From Nemertoderma westbladi (taxonomy: Eukaryota > Animalia > Xenacoelomorpha), in contig JAUCBJ010008087.1 of assembly GCA_032718475.1 (NCBI GenBank), positions 20,465 to 84,464 on the forward strand: DNA of 64,000 nt. Direction: 5' to 3'. The notes below the pieces were generated by a model that had not been told where the DNA came from, ran no database searches, and was given only the letters and a program-made list of their open reading frames with translations. Each line of letters starts with the position of its first letter. Position 1 is the stretch's first letter. Below are positions 54,013 to 64,000 of this stretch, piece after piece. The position numbers and the translations under genes were made by a program.

Positions 54013-54302
54013 GGCCCATGTGAAGAATACCAGACTTTCTGCCGTTATAATTCGCTTTTCAGTTACCCCCATGTGAAGAATACCAGGTTTTCACCAAAAA
54101 CGCTTAAACACAGGTTACAGAAGGGCTGAATCTAACCAAAACGATAAATGAATTAGTATATGTACAGGTTAGGTTATAAGACAAAAATAAGCGCCATAAA
54201 ACACTTAATAAAGATAAATTTAAAAAATTAAAAAATTTTCATATATAAAATTCCAATAAAAAGTCGACCGAAAAGTGAAATCCTGGTATTCTTCACATGG
54301 CC
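54013..54302. mobile_element. MITE with TIR GGCCCATGTGAAGAATACCAG (copy 2, inverted relative to 14738-15006)
   Basis: TIRs plus reverse-complement homology to copy 1. Confidence 0.85.
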
Positions 54303-54667
54303 GTTAAAAAACTTGAACCAGCATGCTGATTCGAGGCAGTTAACATGTACATACTGTATATTGCACTGTACTTACTGATAATATAAAAGGCCTAAGTCGA
54401 CGGGCAAAAATGGTTTAACAATTTCGTGAAATGACCGCGGTATATTTCCTGTGATAAACATGCAACACCGGAACATCAGCTGGTAATGTAATAAATATGA
54501 AAGTGAAAACTGAAAATCTTTGCTGCCTATATGAAGTATTGATGTAGGCCTACTTTTTCTTTCACACTGTTATTTCTATCAGTATTTCCGGTCTGGTGTT
54601 AGCGGTAGGCCTACATCTGGATGTTGTATTTTTGAAAACCTATTAATTATCTATTAATTGACAGAAA

Positions 54668-55798
54668 ATGTGCGAAATCAAAAACGTAGGTGGTTACAAC
54701 GTGATTTCTCCCAAACGGGGAGAATCGCTATTTGACCTGGAAATAAATACTAGTGGAGAATGCTCTGAAAGGTCTTCCGTTAGACCCCAAGGGGTCATCA
54801 TTGGAATGTACCGCAACAATGCCGGTGTCATCAGTGAAGCCGACCAACTGCCGTATCTTGTTCATCCAGTGCCGCTGTCTGTCAACTTTGACCTGAACAC
54901 TTCAATGCATTTGACTAAGTTTGAGAGCGAACTTACAAGACCTGAAGGTCAACATCATCTATTAAAGTGGATCATCAATGAAAAGGATAACTTTAAGAAG
55001 GGAGGTAATTTTAATTTAGATGCTGATTTTGTGGTCAATCGAAGATTTCTTAGATCGTTGCTGCAATCCCCTTATGGAGGTGGAGATGACTGGATTGTCG
55101 CCTGCGCCAAATTCAAAGGAACTATCTATGTGATGAAAATGAAAACAGAAAATGACGTTCGAAGAATCATGTCTGCATCTGAGTTTGAGTTATCGTGTTC
55201 CAGATACGGACACAAATTTGAGCAGTTTCTGACGAGCGGTAGCCCAGGTAACAAACCAGATCCGAAATCAGCCATGGACGAAAACGACGAAATAAATACG
55301 GTGTATCGAACGCAACTCGGAATAAATAAGATAATATTCCCGACGGAAATTGATGCAATTGATTCTAGAATCGATATCAAGAGTCGTCTACCAAAGCCAT
55401 GTGAGCTCGTTGAGCTCAAAACCTCGACACAGATTCAGCATTCAGGGCAGCAGAATACATTTGAACGTTTTAAAACGTTGTCCTTCTGGTCTCAGGCAGC
55501 GATATCTAACATCCCAAAAGTTATTGTCGGGTTCAGAAATCGAGATGGTATCGTCAAGGAAGTTAAGGAGTTTCCAATGTCCAAACTAAAGAGTTTGGGG
55601 CGCCATACATGGCAACCGGCGGTTTGCTATGGGTTTGCTGACAAAGTCCTGGCATTCATGGGTGAAGCGTTTAATGAGGATAACCCCAACAAGGTTGTTG
55701 TCTTTACCTGGAACCGGGGTCGGAATACCTTAAGTGGTCATGATGCATCTGGTCTCGTGGAGGTTGTGCCTAAGTGGTATATAGATGGTATAAAATAA
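54668..55798 (+). CDS. DXO: DXO/Dom3Z/Rai1-family decapping exoribonuclease, intronless and divergent
   Basis: DFVVNRR...SPY...W, YGHKFEQF, TEID, VELKTS, FWSQ and VIVGFRNRDG follow the RAI1-family motif order. Confidence 0.88.
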   Translation: MCEIKNVGGYNVISPKRGESLFDLEINTSGECSERSSVRPQGVIIGMYRNNAGVISEADQLPYLVHPVPLSVNFDLNTSMHLTKFESELTRPEGQHHLLKWIINEKDNFKKGGNFNLDADFVVNRRFLRSLLQSPYGGGDDWIVACAKFKGTIYVMKMKTENDVRRIMSASEFELSCSRYGHKFEQFLTSGSPGNKPDPKSAMDENDEINTVYRTQLGINKIIFPTEIDAIDSRIDIKSRLPKPCELVELKTSTQIQHSGQQNTFERFKTLSFWSQAAISNIPKVIVGFRNRDGIVKEVKEFPMSKLKSLGRHTWQPAVCYGFADKVLAFMGEAFNEDNPNKVVVFTWNRGRNTLSGHDASGLVEVVPKWYIDGIK

Positions 55799-56336
55799 TG
55801 TACATATTATTTTGAATTGACTGACATATTTCAATATGGATTATAGTTCAATTGTGGAACCAATTAAGTACAATATAACTTGCTACCTACAACATACTCT
55901 AGTCTGCAATTGAATAAATGCTTTTGAATGTAGAAGAAGATTGACTATATTGACATTACTGTCTTCCAAAACTTAGTTTCTTCTAAAACATTGTTCTAAC
56001 GTACTGTGTATAATTTTAATTATCCAGATATACTGTGTTTTATGTTCATTGTTATAGATGTACTGTAATACTGTAGATGAATATTATTACTGTACACTGT
56101 ACAGTAGTCTTAAACCTCGTGGTTACCGCCATTCAACTAAAACTATTTACTGGTTTTTGGCCTACAACAGTTCTACATGGAAGCGAATAAATAAATCCAT
56201 GTTGAATGCGGATCCTCTGAAGGTACTGAGACTTACAGCGAGCAAAGGGGAAGGGGAATTTATGGAATAAAATTATTTTGGGGTTCTTATTGCGTCATGA
56301 AAAACAACCGTTTTTCTCTTACGATCCGGTATTATT

Positions 56337-56515
56337 GATGTAATATTATGGTTTTGTTCAGAAATGGAAAAAATGAATGGGTTGAACCAGCGCTATACGT
56401 ACGTACGGTCAACGCCCGGTGACGCGCTTTCTCCTTTTTTTCCATTTCTGAATAAAACGATAATATTACATCTTTAATTACAGTTTCATTAACAGCTCAA
56501 CTCCAATTCATTTAC
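56337..56515. mobile_element. Rearranged second copy of the hammerhead/tRNA-box IR element
   Basis: Shares the IR and the tail CAGCTCAACTCCAATTCATTTA with 28710-28954. Confidence 0.75.
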
Positions 56516-57044
56516 AGTATTATTTATTAACCACTATCGATAACGCGCACTTAGCAAATTAAACATCTCGGGGTCATCGTGAAAAAAGTATGTTCTACAT
56601 GTAATAAAACTTTATTTTTTAGTATATTATTGTTGAGACATTATTGCACATTCTTTGATGTGTAACATTCTCCTTGATACTGTATCAATTTATTAAGCTT
56701 TACACTGTACGATACCAAATCTGCGAATACTGTCTACATATATATATTATATACAGTATTATATTATATATATTATATTTTATATATTAAATTGAAGTAC
56801 CGGTAACTAGCGGTATATATATATTTGATTTGTTGATCTTCTAATCTAATACATTTGTCATTTTATCTAACACATATTGTTGTATCACCATGTTTTTTTT
56901 AGTATCGCACCGAAAGCTAGCCGGTAAAAACTATCAGTGTGCAAATAAATGCCGAGAAAATGAAAATATTTTCTGCATTGGATGCCAAAAATTATTAGAA
57001 AATATAGAAACCTTTATCATGTGAACTGATTTTTATGCCTTATT

Positions 57045-58160
57045 ATTAGCACTAGCGTAGCGAGGGTAGGGTTCCGGGACCCTACCGTGGAGGATCTCCA
57101 CCTCTTGCACCTACCTCTGAGAACATTTTGCCATCGTCAAGTTCCGTTAAATTAAAAAATTATTTGACAACTGCAATAAACCGAATATTAGAAAAACATT
57201 AGAAGTTGAAGTTATATTAGGAAGCAGCCGAATTCAGACCAGATATAATCCACATTATCCCAGGCCTGTTGCCAAAAAAATAAATATAGGAGACCGGAGA
57301 CCATACCCCGTAAAACTGTTGTAACCCCAGCCGCCATAGCCCCAATACCAATGATTTATTTTGTTCTCATTTTGGGGAGAGCAGGTAGTGTTGAACCGTG
57401 AGGAGGGTTGAATCAGTGCAATTTAATGGAGAACGCGTGGGTTTGGCGTTTCCATGGATACACCATTAGAGGAGACAATTAAAAACTGCACCTACTGTTA
57501 GTTGTATGTAGTCTAAATCTAGCCTACATGCTGCTTTGCTATGCAGGAAAGTATGCTTTTCCCACTTGTTTTCTAGAAATGATACCTCTGTTTTGGATCA
57601 CTCCCATTTAACAATTCACCAATAAATGTGATACTTTTCTGGTGGTGAAATTATTCTGCTTCAAAATTAAGTATGGATGATTACGTCACTGGTCTGCACT
57701 TTTCATACACAATGCGTTTTACAAAAAACGGAGTAGTGTGGGAGGCTTGAATCAATATGGAGGGGTAGGAGGGTTGAACCACTTTCCTATTGGTTGCTCT
57801 GGCTACCTATCTACAGATATGGATGGTATTTAATAGGACTAATTGACTAAATTTGTTTCAGTGTTACTTTCTTGTCAACCCGTGGTGACTGGAAGTAGAT
57901 AATATTATTGTTAAATAAAAAAACGACAGTTATTGATGGAGATAGAAAGTTTATTTGACAATAAAAGTGAGGTGTCACTGGCAGACAAACAGTGAACTAC
58001 AAATAGACAGATAGACATAGAACATCTGACAAATAGACAGAAATACTAATTTTCATTAACATATCTTCTTTTGATAAAATTGCTTCTATGGGTGGTTGAA
58101 ACCCCCCCGATTCAACCCTCCTATAGGGGTTAGGAGGCGTGAACCCAGATAACTAGGCTC
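57045..58160. repeat. Unclassified non-coding repeat with terminal hairpins and recurring GGAGGGTTGAA motifs
   Basis: Hairpin GGTAGGGT...ACCCTACC at ~57066-57087. Motif copies at ~57401, ~57741 and ~57768, inverted at ~58110. Confidence 0.35.
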
Positions 58161-59658
58161 GGGAAAACGCTTATTTATCATATAATACATGATTTTTGTG
58201 TTTGCGCTGTTGCTGTGAAAAAATGGGAAGACTTGAGCTACTGAATTTTTGTGATAATTTCCCCATATAGGTGCTCTACCGATCGGACAAAAACTTGTAA
58301 AAAAATATACGCTTATGTCTGTCTGGCTGTCTGTCAAATGTGTCTGTCAATTTGTCGGAAATTCCTGGATACGCGGCAGATTATTAGGTCCGCTTAGTCA
58401 GACCTCTAGCAGTCATTCCGTTGGTTGCTGTTGTTGTTGAGTTCCATTTTGCTCCTGCTTACTTTGTAGAGCGTTGTTGGACTTAGTTCGAGATGAAAAT
58501 ATTTCGGTTTTGTAAAATTGAAACTTGAAAGTATGTTTTAGGTTGGTAGGCTAAGCGATTCAAGGAGGATACAGTAAAGCTTTATTTTTATTTGTTTTTA
58601 TTTTTGTTTGTTTTTATTTACCAATGCGTCTGAATGATTATTTAAAAGCAGACCGTACCGAGCCTTAACGTATGAAATAAAGCCCATGTAATTTTATTCA
58701 AAAATAATATTTCACCGGCATTCGGTGGTAATAATTTGTAAAATCACCGCATACAATTGGAGTACAGTGAAATTGTTTCCGATTCTACTTACAGTCTATG
58801 TCTATCAATAAATGCAACGATATATATTTAACGTGAATTACTTGTATAGGGCCTACCATGAAGAAATTATGTAGGACCGCTTTCGGTTAACTTAATACCG
58901 AAATCATGAATTGACAGGCAGATGTTTGAAATTATTGCCTTTACGACGGGTAAGATATGTAATTATCACCACTCTTTAATTACCTAAATATTGCACTGAT
59001 ATTGTTGGTATTAGGTTAGCACACATTTAATTGTAAACATACAGTTATATTAGGCCAACTTGCAATCACGACAGATATTAATGTCCTGCAGACAGCAGTA
59101 GTGTGAGCCCTACAAGTTGGCGTACAGTATATTGACCCGGGGTTATTACTATGTAGAAATAAAAAACAACCAAGTAATAATACACAATTATACTCAACCG
59201 TAGCTACTGTAACTACTAACAGTAATTATTATATTTCCTGAAATAAATCTTTAAGTTTTCTGGTTAAAAATTTAAACCTTCGGACTAGAAGTGTTAAAAA
59301 GTGGAGTTTGGTACATTCATTACGTTAAATAGAACACTTACATTCAAAATTAACTAACTATATTTGTTTTTTTAAAACATCCCAAACAAATTGTTTCTTA
59401 CTGGTAGGCCCCATGACTGCATTATAATTCTATTTGCATTACATTGACAGGCCTATCAATGGCCTGCATTCGGTACGGTAGGCAAACCATGATATTTTTT
59501 TTATAAAATTTGGTGTTTGGGACATAAACAACAAACACCGGCGACACTAATAATATCACACTTAGGCCTACTGTTATTGTTATAAAGTAGCTGAAACAGC
59601 GTACTATAGGCTCTTTGTGGATGAGTAACTGAGGTTTGTTAATACGGTAATATTAATA

Positions 59659-59922
59659 ATGGAAGACAAACTAATTGTTATGCGTTTAACGTTGGTGGTT
59701 ATATTAGGATTATTGGGAATCGGTCCCGTTTATGGATTGGGGGTCAACAATGAGAGACGAAGTCTGTTAGATCAACTGGTAAATCTAATCTATGACTCAG
59801 CTGATGACGACGTCTCACCTGTTTCTCCAACTCCGCCTGCTCACCACACAACTTACCCCAATGATAATGACAACAAAGCAAGCGAGGCTCAACTCCTTCA
59901 TAGTTTTGATATCTCAAATGAG
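59659..59922 (+). CDS. Exon 1 of a secreted precursor protein (signal peptide, RR site, acidic/Pro-rich region)
   Basis: MRLTLVVILGLLGIGPVYG signal peptide, NNERR, donor GAG|GTGAGA in phase 0. The rest of the gene is not visible. Confidence 0.6.
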
Positions 59923-59999
59923 GTGAGATCAATGATTTAATATCTAATGTAAACAACAACAACATAGTATATAATAATCAATAATTAATTCGAATTATA

Positions 60000-60733
60000 T
60001 GTAATTAACGGAATGCAAATGATACGTTGGGTGGTTTGGGTGTGTGTGCGTATGTCTATCGAGACCGAGGGGGAAACATAACGCTAATCCCGTCTCGGTG
60101 TGTAAGTGGATTCAATTCCACTTCATTACCCTCCAGCAAATGGGATAATGGCATTTTCAGCAATATGTTGGAGATACGAGATTAGCAATATTAATCTCGT
60201 ATCACAACCAGCATTTGGGGGGGGGGGGCAACACAAGCCCCGAAGCCACACACAAAGGAAGGTTAGAGGTCAAACCACCTCAGAGGACACAGCTAGTAGA
60301 GGCTAGCAGCAGAGGGGAAACACTCCCAGAGAGTGCAAGGGTGAGAAGTAGGTTATTAGCCAATAGGGGGGAGGAAAGCACGTGATAGGGCACAGGAGAG
60401 CATCCATTAGGTAACAGGCCAAAGTAGCGTAGGAGGTGAAGCAATATTGGTATATCAATCATATATTACCCCCCGTTACCGGTTTGTGATTCAGTTATTG
60501 TTTCACCGTCATCAATATCGGCTATCAACCATATACTGAACCGGTAACATAACATTTCATCTGCCATCATATTAATTGTGCTATTATTGTACATATTACA
60601 AGACCAAGAAATAACATCAAAACTCTGAACGCTTTTATCCAACGGCCTCGGCCAAGCTACCAGTAACACCATCTTAAAGCCTGCGGTGACGCTTATAGCA
60701 ACCTACCCAGTCGGGATCTCTGATCCCGTCACA
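60000..60733 (+). repeat. 5' LTR of BEL element 2 (734 bp, TGTAA...CCCGTCACA)
   Basis: TG...CA ends, same terminal motif as LTR-B of element 1, directly followed by gag-like sequence. Confidence 0.8.
60461..60496 (+). promoter_or_regulatory. Predicted LTR core promoter (TATA-like ATATATTA plus Inr TCAGTT, TSS ~60493)
   Basis: TATA-like box about 30 bp upstream of a TCAGTT initiator. Confidence 0.55.
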
Positions 60734-60789
60734 GTGAAACAATCGACCAACTGCCATCAAACTGTGACTGCAAGAATAAGAGGAAGAAG

Positions 60790-63700
60790 ATGAGCACAGG
60801 AGAACCCCGATTATCAGACGGAGAGAGAACGCCGCCACAGACCCCGGACGATACCAACCAAACGATCCGTGAGGCCGCGACGCGACGGTATCAACCTGCG
60901 ACGCCGGATTCACCGACGAGGGACGATCCGGTACCCCAAGCGGAGGGCAGCCGTCAACCACGAGCGGGAGACGAGTTGACGCACGACGGCGGTCGGAGTA
61001 CCGAAGTTGCCGGCCAGCCACAGGCCGAGGGCATCGGACGGCCCACCGGAACGGCGACGGTGGGGCCGCCGGTACGACGCCGAACCAGGAGAGGTGGAGG
61101 AGTCGGCGAAGAAGACGTCGGGACGAGTGATCGTCTACGACGGGCCTACAACGCCACGAAGAAACTACTGAAGGATTCCAGAGAGGGTAGACCAGCCTAA
61201 GTTACACCAAAGGCTAGGTGAGTCTAACAAACATTTCCGGTATTTAGTCCGCTTTGGACAGGGAGAACTGGCGAGTGAGAGAGCGAGGGGGGTCACCACC
61301 GAACTGTTCAAACTGTGGCAATCCGGGGTTATGGGGCCTGAAGTAGTGTACGTAGGGCCGTACTTAGTGGATGCTAGGGGAATTAAGTTAGTGGGTTGGG
61401 CGGATCCGCACGAGGGCGAACCCGAGGTTAACCCCGAGGATTCGGTCTCGTCGGTTAGCGAGAACCCCAGAAAGTGGGGGAAAGTTAGTAGGACAGAGAG
61501 GCGACGAGAGTCCATCGCAATCTATAAGTCCGCTACATCCTCCGCGAAAGCAAGAAGGGTGTTGGAGATAGATCTGGCGTGTCAACTAGACATGGTGGCG
61601 CTAGACCAGAAATAATTAGAGAGGCAGTTGGAAGAGGGAACTGCGTTGTTAGAGAAAGAGAGAGAGTTGGCGAGGGAATGTAGAGAGAGGGCCGAAAGGG
61701 TGGCGAAGAACTGTAGTACGTTAGTAACTGTAACTGTAGAACGTATTATAATAATACGTTAGAGGGCATTAACATTAATAGTACCGTAGTAGACAACCCT
61801 AACCAAACTTTCATTGCAGGAAATAATCTTTTACCCGGTAACAATAATTCTGATTTAAATATACAAAATAATAATTCTAACTTAAATATACAAAATAATA
61901 ACCCTAATTTAAACGCACAAAATAATCTAAATAACAACTTTAATTCAAACGAACAAAATAATCCTAATTCTAACTTAAATATACAAGATAATTTAAACAA
62001 TATTCCGAATTCCGAACAAAATAATTTAAATAATTCAAATAATTTTGGCAATAATATTGTTGATAACGGTGCTATTAACACGAACGCAGCAAACATAGGT
62101 GGTCCGACCAGCGAGAGCCTGGAAGGCCACGTAGTTAGTATGCAGGGAGTAGCGGGGGTGAGTCACCCCGACGGGAGCCTGCGAGGCCACGTAGTTAGGC
62201 AGGGAAGAGCGGGGGTGAGTCAACCCGACAAGAGCTTGCAAGGCCACGCAGTGGTAGAGGGAGAGGCGGGGGTGAATAGACCCAGCCGCAGTAGAGATAG
62301 CACGTCGACTAGAGAGGGGCGTAGAAGCGAAATAGGAGATAGTGAAGTAATAGGTGGCGAGGGGGGGGGGGGGGCTACGGGCGCCCCACGACGAGAGATT
62401 AGTGGCGAGAGTGGGGGGGGGGGGGGGGCAGAGAATGTCCCACGAGGGTCGGCGGATAATGCGCGGGGCGAGTTAGGTGAACCGCGGCATCCGACGACAG
62501 AGAATAGTAGGGGGATTACGAGTATCCTCAGCAGCGTCCAACCGGCTAGAGAGAGAGAGAGAGAGGTTGGCGCCGTGAGCGGGCGAGCGACGAGATGTCG
62601 AGCCCAGTCGGATAACGGAAGAAGAACAGTGGAGTTTAACCAGGAGGTCGAAGAGAGATCTCATGAGCGGGAACGCTACACTGAAGAGAGAACAAGTGAA
62701 GAGAAAAGAAGAATCGTTGCTACGAGCGACCGGAGAGCGAGGACGGATAGCGAACCGTCGGTAATAGAGATGGAGTTGGAGAGTCAGTGGGGTCAAACTC
62801 CGGGAGATTGCCATCGCCCTGGAGTGACGCAGCCTGGCGAGATATACCATACGCCGGGAGAGGGGTACCGGTACAAGGATGAGAACAGGAGAGGGGATCG
62901 AAGAGAAACTTCCCGACGGGATATAGCTGCCGTATATAAGGCGCTCATCGTGCTAAAGACGCTAGATGCGCCATACGAACTCAACGCATCAAATAACATC
63001 ACCACAATAGCGCAGGCACTGCCAATCTGGCTAAGGAACAAATGGAGGAAGATCGCCTTCTCCACTCGGGAGAAGAAAGGTGCGGAACCGGGCCTAGAAG
63101 AAATGTCAAACTTCCTCAACTATGAAGCAGAGTTGATTACAGACCCAGTCTACAGTGAGGATAGTTTGGGGAAGGCGCTGAAGACCGAATACAACAGGCC
63201 TAAACCCGAACATAATCCGGCAGATGCATTCCCGAGAGTAAGACAGTCGCTACCACATGCGGCCACACAGGGGACTACAAGTCCACAGTTAGCTGGGAGT
63301 AGGGCCACACCGTGGCAGGGACAGAAACAAAATGACAACACGAACAAATATAATCCCAACACACCCAGTAGGCCGAGTCCAAATGGCCAAGGCACTAAAC
63401 CGGTAGATATGAATCTGCGCGCAATACGTGAAGGGCTATACAGGGAGCGCTACAATTCAGAATACGAATGTCAATTGCATAGGGATGGAACACATAAGAC
63501 CATGAGTTGTAAGCATTGGCAAGTGTTGCCTAAAAAAGATCGGGTAGCCTACGCAGATACAAACGGACTATGTCATTGATGCGTGGTAGAGGGACACAGA
63601 TCTGGAGAGTGTAGAGAAACACCGATAGGAGACGATGAGACTGGAGGCTAAAAAATGGCTATGAGCACGACAGGAGCAAGAAGAAAGAGGAAAGTACTAC

Positions 63701-64000
63701 TCGGGGTAGTACCAGTGAGGATATCAGGAAAGGGCGGCCGATCAGTCACAACATTGATGCTGGTCGACAGCGGAGCAGCCTTCATGCTGGTGGAGAATTG
63801 GGTGGCTGAGGAGGGTTACAGACGAGGCCGAGTAGGATGGCAGTAACTACTATCTCGAGCAAGGATGAGGTCCTGGAGATGAGGACGGGAAGGTGCGAGA
63901 TATCAGCAATAGCACCAGGATGTGATTATGGGGTGACCATCGACCCCATACAGATTATAGAATCGATTAATATAAATGCCAGGAGACCCACCAGGATCGA
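60790..64000 (+). pseudogene. gag: Disrupted BEL gag-protease
   Basis: IAQALPIWLRNKW...LEEMSNFL (end of the DUF1759-type capsid region), CQLH....H....C and CH*C....H....C knuckles, VLLGVVPVRI...LVDSGA protease. Multiple stops and frameshifts. Confidence 0.85.

Larger units (their letters stand above)
60000..64000 (+). mobile_element. BEL/Pao LTR retrotransposon 2 (3' end outside window), inserted in intron 1 of the secreted-protein gene
   Basis: LTR followed by a disrupted gag-protease region. Confidence 0.85.

Noticed and set aside
58120-58160. Helitron 3' end (hairpin plus CTAG)
   Set aside because: Not followed by T, weak hairpin, and no matching 5' TC end identified.

Overview
This is a repeat-rich window from a eukaryotic genome, most likely an invertebrate animal (spliceosomal introns, animal TE families). 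Host genes: two tandem secreted Cys-rich Ly6/uPAR-like genes (one with a nonsense mutation), an intronless DUF1295 steroid-reductase-like gene, a 4-exon MOSPD1/3-like gene, an intronless divergent DXO/Rai1 gene and exon 1 of a secreted protein. Mobile DNA: the 3' part of a BEL/Pao LTR retrotransposon (pol, a decayed Zn-knuckle accessory ORF, two chimeric tandem LTRs), the 5' part of a second BEL/Pao element, an intact MULE transposase element whose right TIR is split by a Zisupton-like insertion, an RTE LINE relic, a tRNA-SINE and several non-autonomous DNA transposons. Three observations stand out. (1) The BEL element at 60 kb has no tRNA PBS; its predicted transcript 5' end is complementary to the PBS position and a U5 hairpin is shared between elements, suggesting Tf1-like self-priming in BEL/Pao. 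(2) A 17.4-kb intronic satellite has a 22-bp monomer that is the exon 3/splice-donor junction of the MOSPD gene, with the GT destroyed in most copies. (3) A minimal hammerhead ribozyme sits between the A and B boxes of a tRNA-like Pol III promoter inside an inverted-repeat element. All calls are by eye; coordinates of degenerate repeats are approximate.
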